NCBI GenBank assembly: GCA_043816605.1
Contig: JBDRHR010000165.1
Span: forward strand, 1 to 18,861
DNA: 18,861 nucleotides
Origin: Nitrospirota bacterium
GTDB lineage: Bacteria > UBA9089 > CG2-30-40-21 > SBAY01
Reading direction: 5' to 3'
Positions 1 to 7,668 of this stretch are shown here, one piece after another (position 1 is the stretch's first letter; each line of letters starts with the position of its first letter). A model generated the notes under the pieces. It was not told the DNA's origin and ran no database searches. It saw only the letters and a program-made list of their open reading frames with translations. A program made the position numbers and the translations under genes.

Positions 1-960
1 ACATTTTTTGCACAAAATATGAAGAAGTTGGAAGATCAAGGCGTGATACTTGATGTTACGAAATATCAGCAGGAAATTATCGCCAACGCCAAAATTGAAG
101 GCACAACATTTGACGAGATTGAGGGCAAAATTGATTCCGAATCGCGCGCTCGGCTAACAATTGCCGGAAATGATTTGCAGGCATTGTTTGAACAGATTAT
201 CAAAGATTACCTCGGCTCGTTCAAAAATATCAAAAGGTCAGTGCCAGTTGTAAAAACTGCGATTTATTCGTATTTTAGAAAATATCTTGGTTCAAAAGCA
301 TGGCCAGAAGAAGCAATCCTCGTGCAAATGGTATTTGTCCATAACGGCAATAGAAAAAAGTTTGAGGAAATTTTGGCGCAAGCGGTTGAAAAATACAAAG
401 CGGTTAGAGAAAAGGAAATCCAAAAGAGGGTTCAAGAAAGCGAGCAATGGTATGAGTTTGAAATTGCCAAAGAGAAATTTTTCAACCAGCACACGGACGA
501 AAGAGTGGATTATGAAAAATATGTATATGAGCCATGCTATTTGAGCGCGGAGCGACTTAATCCCGAAAAGAATTTTGAGAAGTTTTTGAAAGACAATGCA
601 GATAAAATTCTTTGGTGGTGGAAAAACGGCGAGAATAAACGAGATTATTTTGGTATTAAATATGAATATCCCGCAGGCTTTATTCATACTTTTTACCCTG
701 ATTATTTAGTAAGATTAGCCGATGGACGGCTAGGTATTTTTGAAGTGAAAGATATGGGCGACCAGCAAGGCGGATCATATACCAAAGCAAAGGCTGAAAA
801 ATTACAGGAATATGCAAAAGAGCAAAAAGATAAAAAACTTTTCGGTGGGATTGCGATTGAAAAAAACGACGGCTGGAAAATAAACCAAAAAGAAAAATAC
901 GACTGGAGCAAGTGCGAAAAGAAAGATTGGAGCGATTGGGAAAAATTAGATTTGGAATAA
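1..960 (+). CDS. 3' portion of a larger gene encoding a restriction-enzyme-like (type III Res-like) C-terminal PD-(D/E)xK nuclease domain. The true start lies upstream of the window.
   Basis: Frame 1 is open from nt 1 (TFFAQN precedes the first Met at 19) and there is no RBS before 19. The C-terminal region carries a nuclease-type motif: WWWKNGE...FYPDYLVRLADGRLGIFEVKDMGD (PD...EVK). The stop at 958-960 lies 4 nt before the next ATG. Confidence 0.45.
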   Translation, partial: TFFAQNMKKLEDQGVILDVTKYQQEIIANAKIEGTTFDEIEGKIDSESRARLTIAGNDLQALFEQIIKDYLGSFKNIKRSVPVVKTAIYSYFRKYLGSKAWPEEAILVQMVFVHNGNRKKFEEILAQAVEKYKAVREKEIQKRVQESEQWYEFEIAKEKFFNQHTDERVDYEKYVYEPCYLSAERLNPEKNFEKFLKDNADKILWWWKNGENKRDYFGIKYEYPAGFIHTFYPDYLVRLADGRLGIFEVKDMGDQQGGSYTKAKAEKLQEYAKEQKDKKLFGGIAIEKNDGWKINQKEKYDWSKCEKKDWSDWEKLDLE

Positions 961-964
961 TACT

Positions 965-1828
965 ATGGCAACAACTATTACAGCATCATTTCAAAAACTA
1001 AAAGAAAACCTTGAAATAACAGGGCTTCAAAAAAGCACAACTTCAACTCGTCAAAAAAATGTTCGCGATGTTGTGGCGAATGAAATGGATGTTTTAGATT
1101 CTTTTTTAACTGGCTCATATGCAAGATCAACAATGATTTCTCCTCTCGTGAAAGCAGATATTGATATTCTCATTGTTCTTGATCCAAAGTATTATGAGTC
1201 AGATGGACAGGCAAGTTTGCTGGATAAAGTAAAAAGGGTTTTGCTGAAAACTTATACAAAAACTCCAAAAATAAGTAGAAACAGACAAGCAGTTACTATT
1301 ACTTTTACAGATTTTATTGTTGATGTTGTTCCTGCTTTTAATAGGGAAGGTGGCGGTTATTTAATTCCAGGCACGGTTCAGAAAGTTTGGATAGCCACAA
1401 ATCCCAAAATCCATGTTGATGTAATGGCAAGCGAAAACAAAAATCATAATGGCGATTTAGTACCAATTGTAAAAATGGTTAAAGGCTGGAACAAAAATAT
1501 TAACGATGATTTTGTTTCATTTTATTTAGAATTATTAGCAATCAAGATTTTTAAAAATGTTACTATCAACGACTATCCCAGCGGAATGAGATTTTTCTTT
1601 GATAAAGGGCGGGAGGCAATAAAATATAAAGTTCAAGACCCAGTTGAATATGGCGGTCAAATAAATCCATTAAGAAATTGTCAAACTGTTGATAACGCAG
1701 TAGGTAGATTTGAAACTGCATACAATCGGGCTATTAAAGCTGAACAGTATGCTAAAAATGGAAATACTGAAAATGCTATTGATGAGTGGAGAAAAATATT
1801 TGGTGATTATTTTCCAGCATACGGATAA
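965..1828 (+). CDS. SMODS / CD-NTase-type nucleotidyltransferase (candidate cyclic-oligonucleotide synthase)
   Basis: The pol-beta NTase core is present: TGSYARSTMISPLVKADIDILIVLD (GS...DhD) and a downstream acidic strand FIVDVVPAF (third catalytic Asp). The protein is 287 aa with a helical C-terminal half. It is tightly coupled to the preceding gene (4 nt gap) and to a 2TM SLATT-like gene (11 nt gap). A KNTase/MNT-type nucleotidyltransferase cannot be excluded from sequence alone. Confidence 0.5.
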   Translation: MATTITASFQKLKENLEITGLQKSTTSTRQKNVRDVVANEMDVLDSFLTGSYARSTMISPLVKADIDILIVLDPKYYESDGQASLLDKVKRVLLKTYTKTPKISRNRQAVTITFTDFIVDVVPAFNREGGGYLIPGTVQKVWIATNPKIHVDVMASENKNHNGDLVPIVKMVKGWNKNINDDFVSFYLELLAIKIFKNVTINDYPSGMRFFFDKGREAIKYKVQDPVEYGGQINPLRNCQTVDNAVGRFETAYNRAIKAEQYAKNGNTENAIDEWRKIFGDYFPAYG

Positions 1829-1839
1829 ATTAAAATACT

Positions 1840-2337
1840 ATGAATAATAAAGAAAAAATTATAAACGAGGCCAAAAGAATTGAGGAAGACAGTATTTACT
1901 CTGCCAAAGGTCATTTTTATGCTGGTCAATGTTGGGTAAATATGAACCTTTGGCTCGGCGGTATTTCCGCTGTTCTTTCTGCAATCGCTGGGGCTTCAGC
2001 TCTATCTCAATTCGATTATCACAACATCGTCGCTGGCGGACTTTCAATCATCGTCGCTGGCTTAACTGCTGTGATTACTTTTGTAAATCCAAGTGAGCGA
2101 TCCGTCGTTCATCAAAAGATTGGAAACGAATATAATGCTTTGCGAAATGATACAAGAATATTTTATGATATTGAGGTTAATAATATAGACGAGAAACGGG
2201 CGATTGAAGATTTGAAAAAGTTAAACGATAAAAGAAACAAGTTAAATTTGGAATCCCACCAAATCCCCAAATGGGCTTTTGAAAAAGCCCGAAAAGGGAT
2301 TGAAGGAGGAGAAGCAAAATACAAAGTTGATAATTAA
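1840..2337 (+). CDS. SLATT-like two-transmembrane-helix protein (predicted membrane effector)
   Basis: The 165-aa protein has two adjacent hydrophobic helices (LWLGGISAVLSAIAGASALSQF and IVAGGLSIIVAGLTAVITFV) separated by a 6-aa loop. A charged, helical C-terminal tail of about 80 aa follows. It lies immediately downstream of the SMODS-type NTase. Confidence 0.5.
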   Translation: MNNKEKIINEAKRIEEDSIYSAKGHFYAGQCWVNMNLWLGGISAVLSAIAGASALSQFDYHNIVAGGLSIIVAGLTAVITFVNPSERSVVHQKIGNEYNALRNDTRIFYDIEVNNIDEKRAIEDLKKLNDKRNKLNLESHQIPKWAFEKARKGIEGGEAKYKVDN

Positions 2338-2376
2338 AAATCCGTCCGCCGAAAAGTTTTGGGGGCGAAGCCCAAG

Positions 2377-2426
2377 CAGGCGGGCAAAAAGGAAGGGGGT
2401 TGGGGGAAGAAATTTTTGCCCGCCTG
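2377..2426 (+). repeat. GC-rich hairpin: 14-bp perfect inverted repeat (caggcgggcaaaaa / tttttgcccgcctg) whose 22-nt loop contains two G5 runs
   Basis: Read directly from the sequence. It sits in the 111-nt gap between the SLATT-like gene and the ATPase gene. No T-tract follows it. Confidence 0.6.
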
Positions 2427-2448
2427 AAATGAGGAAAGTGTTCTTAAC

Positions 2449-4320
2449 TTGGTAAATGCCTTAAAATCCCTTTCAGGTACTTATGCCTTACAGTTATTTG
2501 AAGATGACCATGAACAAAACCAAAAGACTATAGCTATCGGCGTAACACTTCACTATTTGTTGCAAAGTAAGGAAAGAGAGGGAAACTTCTTATTGATTCC
2601 GGTATATTGTCATCCCGATATTTTTGATGATGCTGTTAATTTGTGCGACTTCTTACTTATTAGTGTTACACAGCAAAGCATTAAAATTACATGTATTGAC
2701 TCAGCCATTGAAGCAGAATTATCCTTTCGGTCTTCAATCCTTGAAAAGACTAACGAACGATTTTTGAAAACTGAAAAACTCTTCCATGATAAATATTTTT
2801 CAAGTCAGCAGGAAGAATCCGAAGGAAATATTGGGGCACCACTTGAGCGATCCCGATTAGTTATGTTGCTCAGATATTATCTTTCAAAAGCAGTGCGGTA
2901 TAACTTAATTGATAAAGAGGGGTTCGGTAAATTTAGTGAACTACTTAGCAAGGTGGAAGCCGGGAAAATCCAGCTGAATATATTGAAAAGAGCATATTTG
3001 ATAAGTCCAGGTGAAGATAAATATAAAATTGAACCGTCCTATCAGGATGAAATAAAAGTGACGATTCTTGGCAGGCATGTATTATCGGAACCTCCACAAC
3101 CGCTTGATTATGGAAAGCAAATCATTACAGGCTCTTATGAAGAATTACCGCTCATAACAGAAGAACAAAATAGAGAGGAAGAAGACAAAGAAATACTTGC
3201 TGAACAACCGTCTGATATTGGCGGTATCAAAACGGATGAGGTTGATGGTGCAGACATACCTTCATATCCAGAGTCTGTAGAAATCATATTAGGCAAGTCT
3301 GTAACTGATGAGAATGTTGTTTGGAAGCCCTCTGTAAAAGGAAGCCCTCATGTCTTTATTCTTGGAATACCCGGGCAAGGCAAGTCAGTTACCATTAATA
3401 CATTGCTTGTTGAGTTGCAGCGTAATGGAATTGGCACTTTGACCTTTGATTTTCACGGACAATTTAGCGATACAAGGAATGCCTTTAGAAAATCTTGTAT
3501 GCCCACAATTTGGAATGCAGCGGAAGGATTACCGTTTTCGCCGTTTGAAGCTGATTTAGTAAATGAAATAGGGCAACAGTCATGGAAAACGCAAAGTTTT
3601 GCATTAGCAGATATATTTGCGTATGTCTGCGAGCTTGGTGATATTCAAAAAGACGGTGTGTTCAGGGCAATTTCCGCTTGCTACAAAGATACCAAAAATC
3701 GTGGCGATAATACATTCCCGACAATCAACGACCTGGAAAAAAAGATTGAGCGATTAGAAAATAAGAAAGAAATAAGAAATGTGTTAGCCAAATGCAGACC
3801 GCTTTTAGAAATGAATATATTCAACCCACAGGTATTTGAGAAGAACTGGGATATCCTCGAAAGTACTAAAAAAGGCTTGGTCATTAATATAAAAGAAATT
3901 GGCTCAGAAACGGTTCAATTAGCTATCAGTGCCTTTGTTTTAAGAAAAGTATATAAAGAAATATTAAAATGGGAAGAGTCCTATGTCTTGAAATTGGCAA
4001 TTGTTTTAGACGAAGCTCATCGTTTAGCCAAGGATAAAACCTTGCCTTTAATAATGCAGGAAGCAAGGAAGTTTGGAGTTTTGGTTATTGTTGCAAGCCA
4101 AAATATCAATCATTTTCATGAAAATGTACTCGGCAATGCGGGAACTAAGATACTTTTTAGAACAAACAATCCAGATTCAAAAAAAGTTAGTAAGATGGTT
4201 CAAATGCGTAGTAGTAGCAATGCTCAAAGTATTATTGAGCAACTTAGAACAGGACAGGCAGTTGTCCAGACTCCTGACATAAGCTATGCAGCAAAAACAA
4301 TGATGAGAAAGTTTGATTGA
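2449..4320 (+). CDS. HerA/FtsK-superfamily P-loop ATPase (DUF87-like) with an unassigned N-terminal region of about 270 aa
   Basis: Walker A follows a HerA-like lead-in (ILGKSVTDENVVWKPSVKGSPHVFILGIPGQGKS). Walker B is LAIVLDEAHRL, followed by ARKFGVLVIVASQN and ILFRTNN, the pattern typical of HerA-like ASCE ATPases. The track start is TTG with aggaaag 11-17 nt upstream. The first in-frame ATG is about 138 codons in. Confidence 0.6.
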   Translation: MVNALKSLSGTYALQLFEDDHEQNQKTIAIGVTLHYLLQSKEREGNFLLIPVYCHPDIFDDAVNLCDFLLISVTQQSIKITCIDSAIEAELSFRSSILEKTNERFLKTEKLFHDKYFSSQQEESEGNIGAPLERSRLVMLLRYYLSKAVRYNLIDKEGFGKFSELLSKVEAGKIQLNILKRAYLISPGEDKYKIEPSYQDEIKVTILGRHVLSEPPQPLDYGKQIITGSYEELPLITEEQNREEEDKEILAEQPSDIGGIKTDEVDGADIPSYPESVEIILGKSVTDENVVWKPSVKGSPHVFILGIPGQGKSVTINTLLVELQRNGIGTLTFDFHGQFSDTRNAFRKSCMPTIWNAAEGLPFSPFEADLVNEIGQQSWKTQSFALADIFAYVCELGDIQKDGVFRAISACYKDTKNRGDNTFPTINDLEKKIERLENKKEIRNVLAKCRPLLEMNIFNPQVFEKNWDILESTKKGLVINIKEIGSETVQLAISAFVLRKVYKEILKWEESYVLKLAIVLDEAHRLAKDKTLPLIMQEARKFGVLVIVASQNINHFHENVLGNAGTKILFRTNNPDSKKVSKMVQMRSSSNAQSIIEQLRTGQAVVQTPDISYAAKTMMRKFD

Positions 4321-4764
4321 TTTTCTTTTGGTATAGGTCTGGTCGGGGTCAGACTACCATGTAGAAGTCAAGAACTTTTTTAATTTTCTTTTTTAACCTT
4401 ATTGGATACAACTTCCCCTTTCCCCAAGAATGTAGTAATGGAAAGGCGTTTGGAGGTAGAGGTAAATATTGTCCAATAATATCTTGACATAGTTGCCAAT
4501 AACTGATAAAATATCTGCGAGAGTTAAGAGTTTCTTTCCATTTAATGTTCCTCAAGGGATCTATTCTGGTAAATGCGGTTTTGCACCAAGCTACCAAATC
4601 GAGAGTTTGAGGAGGAAAGTGGAGAATCAGTGTCAGGGCTCGAATTGAGAAATTAAAAAGAAAGACGAAAAGAAAAGAGACGGCGGAGTGAAGTTTTTGA
4701 ATAAATCAGACAGAATTGGTTATTTTTGTGGTTAGTCGGATACTAATACATTTGGAAGGTTACA

Positions 4765-5223
4765 ATGAAAAAATCTCGAATTTATGCTGATACTTCTGTT
4801 TTTGGAGGATGTTTTGATGATGAATTTTCAAAAGAGAGCAAAGCACTTTTTGAAGATATAAAGAGTGGCAAATTTATACTTGTAATCTCTACGACTACTT
4901 TGCGTGAAATTGACAATGCACCAGATTGTGTCCAAAATATTCTATCGGAATTGTCACCAGAAATGGTAGAAATAATAGTTTATTCGGAAGAAATTGGAAA
5001 TCTTCGAGATGCTTATTTGAAAGCTAAAGTTGTCGGTCATGCAAGCAAATTTGATGCAGAACATATTGCTGTAGCTTCTGTAGCAGAAGTTGATTTTGTT
5101 GTTAGCTGGAATTTCAAGCACATTGTTCACTATGAAAAAATAAGTGGTTATCAAGCGGTGAATTTGCTAAATGGCTATAAACCCATTCATATTTATTCTC
5201 CAAAAGAGGTGGTTAAACAATGA
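4765..5223 (+). CDS. PIN-domain protein (VapC-like putative ribonuclease)
   Basis: PIN signature positions are present: RIYADTSVF (first Asp), LREID, DAEHIAVASVA (DAxhhAxA-like), then VVSWNFKH. The start has a GGAAGG RBS 6 nt upstream. Confidence 0.5.
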   Translation: MKKSRIYADTSVFGGCFDDEFSKESKALFEDIKSGKFILVISTTTLREIDNAPDCVQNILSELSPEMVEIIVYSEEIGNLRDAYLKAKVVGHASKFDAEHIAVASVAEVDFVVSWNFKHIVHYEKISGYQAVNLLNGYKPIHIYSPKEVVKQ

Positions 5224-5411
5224 AAAAACACAAAAAATTTGATTGTGTTCAGATGAAATGGGATATTCAACAAAAAATTGCAAAAGAGGCTGTTGGTATT
5301 TCTGACAAGGAATTCAACAGAATTCAAATGGGAAAAATTACTAAGAATCCCATTTTGGGACCATTTCTCAAGAAAACAGAATCAGAAAACAGAGTCAGTG
5401 GTAGATATTAA
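5220..5411 (+). CDS. Small HTH (XRE-like) protein overlapping the PIN gene stop (ATGA); possible antitoxin or regulator
   Basis: The 4-nt ATGA overlap indicates translational coupling. IAKEAVGISDKEFNRIQMGKI resembles an XRE-type helix-turn-helix. It is short and unverified. Confidence 0.35.
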   Translation: MKKHKKFDCVQMKWDIQQKIAKEAVGISDKEFNRIQMGKITKNPILGPFLKKTESENRVSGRY

Positions 5412-5578
5412 AAGTTAAATAGTTCCAAGAGAGTTTGCTGAAATAAGATAGTTTAGCAAGCCAGAAGAAAAGAAAAAACAGCAAAACAAAGCAATTGTCT
5501 AACCAGAAAAATGCACCTGACAAGGAGCAGGTTATTTTTATCGTTAGCCAACCAAATGTAGATAAATAGGGACAGCGA

Positions 5579-5857
5579 CGAATGGCACTGACTTAAGAGT
5601 TTACGAGCCAGAAATTCCACCCCCTTACCCCCGCCAGCGGGGGATAATTTACCCCACCCTGTCCCAGAACAACTGGTATCGGCCCTTACCCCCGCCAGCG
5701 GGGGATAATTTACCCCACCCTGTCCCAGAACAACTGGTATCGGCCCTTACCCCCGCCAGCGGGGGATAATTCCACAAGATATTGTAGTAATTACAAGGTG
5801 AAACTACTACTTATCAACCTGATTTTGTGTTCATATTTCTTAAGTCAGTGCCATTCG
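5579..5857. mobile_element. MITE-like nonautonomous element with perfect 20-bp terminal inverted repeats enclosing 2.5 tandem 61-bp units
   Basis: cgaatggcactgacttaaga (5579-5598) is the exact reverse complement of tcttaagtcagtgccattcg (5838-5857). The 61-bp units start at 5622, 5683 and 5744 (partial). Each unit carries the GC palindrome cccccgccagcggggg. No ORF is present. Confidence 0.5.
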
Positions 5858-5899
5858 GGACACAATACTAATTAATGGTCAATGCAAGGAGAAAAAGTT

Positions 5900-7654
5900 A
5901 TGGAAACACCAAATCATAAGTCATCAACAAGGCGCACCTCTGATTTTATACGAGATATTATTGAACAAGACTTAAAAACAAATAAAACTAATGGTCGGGT
6001 TGTAACCCGATTTCCGCCTGAACCAAATGGCTATTTACATATTGGACACGCCAAATCCATTTGCCTTAACTTTGGTATTGCCGAAGAAAATAAAGTAGGC
6101 TTGCCTGGTAGAGGTGTTTGCCACCTGCGGTTTGATGATACCAACCCCATCAAGGAAGAACAGGAATACATTGACGCCATTAAGAAAGACATCGCCTGGC
6201 TTGGCTTTGATTGGGGTGAACACGAATATTACGCATCTGACTATTTTGAAAAACTATACGAGTATGCGGTGGCGTTAATCGAAAATGGTAAGGCGTATGT
6301 TTGTGATTTGAACACGGAGGAAATCAGAGAATACCGCGGCACCTTGACTGAACCCGGTAAGGACAGTCCCTATCGTAACCGTTCTATTGAAGAGAACTTG
6401 GACTTGTTTGAGCGTATACGGGCAGGAGAATTTGAGGATGGTTCCCGTGTCCTTCGAGCAAAAATTGATATGTCCTCCCCAAATTTAAATATGCGCGACC
6501 CGGTTATGTATCGTATCCTCCGGGCAACCCATCACAGAACAGGTGACAAATGGTGTATTTATCCAATGTATGACTGGGCTCACGGCATCGAAGATTCCAT
6601 TGAAGGTATCACCCATTCGATTTGCACATTAGAATTTGAAGACCACCGACCACTGTATGATTATTTTCTGAACGAATTGAATGTCCACCATCCTAAGCAA
6701 ATTGAATTTGCTCGCCTTAATCTCACTTATACGGTAATGAGTAAGCGAAAACTTCTGGAATTGGTCAAACAAGGCTATGTAACCAGCTGGGATGACCCAC
6801 GCATGCCTACAATATCAGGCTTACGCAGGCGTGGTTACACAAAAGAGGCAATCCGAGATTTTTGTGAACGAATTGGAGTGGCAAAAAGTAATAGTGTGGT
6901 GGATATCGCCTTGCTTGAGCATTGTCTGCGTGAGGATTTAAATCTACGAGCACCGCGGGTGATGGCTGTATTGCGTCCACTTCGAGTGGTCATAGACAAT
7001 TATTCAGAGAATCAGGTGGAAGAGTTGGATGCTCAAAATAATCCTGAGGATGCCGGTATGGGATTGCGGAAAATTCCTTTTTCCCGTATCCTGTATATTG
7101 AGCAAGATGATTTCCAGGAGAACCCTTCGAAAAAGTTTTTCCGATTATCTCCAGGACAGGAGGTACGATTAAAACATGCGTATTATATCAAATGTGTGGA
7201 TATCGTTAAGGATGAAAAAACCGGTGAGGTGATTGAATTGCATTGCACCTATGACCCACAAACACGAGGTGGTTGGTCTGATGATGGACGCAAGGTTTTG
7301 GGGACTTTACATTGGGTTTCTGCGGCTCACTCACTAAAAACTGAGGTACGCTTGTATGATTATCTCTTCACAAAACCAAATCCAGAGGAGGACGATGATT
7401 TCAAGGCTAACTTGAATACCAATTCGTTAGTAAAATTAACTTCATGTTTAGTTGAGCCAAGTTTGAAATCCGAAATCCAAAATCTAAAATCCAAAATTCA
7501 AAATCCAAAAGGTGCTCTACCAGGAAATCGATACCAGTTTTTAAGGCATGGTTATTTCTGTGTTGACCCTGATTCTACTAAAGAATTATTAGTATTTAAT
7601 CGCACAGTATCTTTGCATGATTCGTGGAAAAAAATTGAGAAATCGCAAAAATAG
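5900..7654 (+). CDS. glnS: Glutamine--tRNA ligase (GlnRS)
   Basis: Class I HIGH motif ([17 protein letters not shown]) and KMSKS motif (TVMSKRK) are present. The protein is near-collinear with E. coli GlnRS as I recall it ([46 protein letters not shown]). The ORF track starts at 5882, but the ATG at 5900 follows AAGGAGA by 8 nt and gives METPNH..., matching the GlnRS N-terminus. Confidence 0.9.
   Translation: METPNHKSSTRRTSDFIRDIIEQDLKTNKTNGRVVTRFPPEPNGYLHIGHAKSICLNFGIAEENKVGLPGRGVCHLRFDDTNPIKEEQEYIDAIKKDIAWLGFDWGEHEYYASDYFEKLYEYAVALIENGKAYVCDLNTEEIREYRGTLTEPGKDSPYRNRSIEENLDLFERIRAGEFEDGSRVLRAKIDMSSPNLNMRDPVMYRILRATHHRTGDKWCIYPMYDWAHGIEDSIEGITHSICTLEFEDHRPLYDYFLNELNVHHPKQIEFARLNLTYTVMSKRKLLELVKQGYVTSWDDPRMPTISGLRRRGYTKEAIRDFCERIGVAKSNSVVDIALLEHCLREDLNLRAPRVMAVLRPLRVVIDNYSENQVEELDAQNNPEDAGMGLRKIPFSRILYIEQDDFQENPSKKFFRLSPGQEVRLKHAYYIKCVDIVKDEKTGEVIELHCTYDPQTRGGWSDDGRKVLGTLHWVSAAHSLKTEVRLYDYLFTKPNPEEDDDFKANLNTNSLVKLTSCLVEPSLKSEIQNLKSKIQNPKGALPGNRYQFLRHGYFCVDPDSTKELLVFNRTVSLHDSWKKIEKSQK
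7465..7510 (+). repeat. A-rich imperfect octamer repeat (aaatccaa-like, about 5 units) in-frame inside glnS
   Basis: gaaatccgaaatccaaaatctaaaatccaaaattcaaaatccaaaa encodes [15 protein letters not shown]. This appears to be an insertion relative to the E. coli GlnRS C-terminus. Confidence 0.6.
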
Positions 7655-7668
7655 GTAAATGGTCTGAA

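Noticed and set aside
287-911. Small nested or antisense ORFs (287-544 +, 292-687 -, 702-911 -) inside the nuclease-domain gene
   Set aside because: They are out-of-frame overlaps within a long ORF that has a clear PD-(D/E)xK motif. Their translations are low-complexity (K/R- or F-rich) and they lack ribosome-binding sites. The same reasoning applies to the other short overlapping ORFs in the track: 1859-2047, 3681-3884, 4073-4282, 4954-5154, 6035-6223, 8048-8275, 9275-9475, 10051-10599, 11257-11448, 11624-11860, 12025-12207, 12420-12812, 13433-13639, 13829-14059, 14382-14621, 16301-16486 and 17573-17863.
19-960. Treating the first ORF as a complete 313-aa gene starting at the ATG at 19
   Set aside because: The frame is open back to nt 1 and no RBS precedes 19. 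The nuclease-type motif sits where a C-terminal domain of a much longer helicase-nuclease would be. It is called a 5'-truncated gene instead.
2429-2452. ATG at 2429 as the start of the ATPase gene
   Set aside because: It is in a different frame from the long ORF and hits a stop after 7 codons.
4337-4397. Intrinsic terminator after the ATPase gene
   Set aside because: The stem is only 5 bp and the T-runs begin about 20 nt downstream, so it does not form a convincing rho-independent terminator. It is kept only as a weak note.
4600-4640. tRNA-like T-loop (gggctcgaattgag)
   Set aside because: No complementary T-stem, acceptor stem or anticodon arm can be drawn. It is not a tRNA.
5882-5899. glnS start at the first ATG (5882, [10 protein letters not shown])
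   Set aside because: The second ATG at 5900 has a well-spaced AAGGAGA RBS and yields an N-terminus that aligns with GlnRS. The 5882 ATG would place the RBS inside the coding region.
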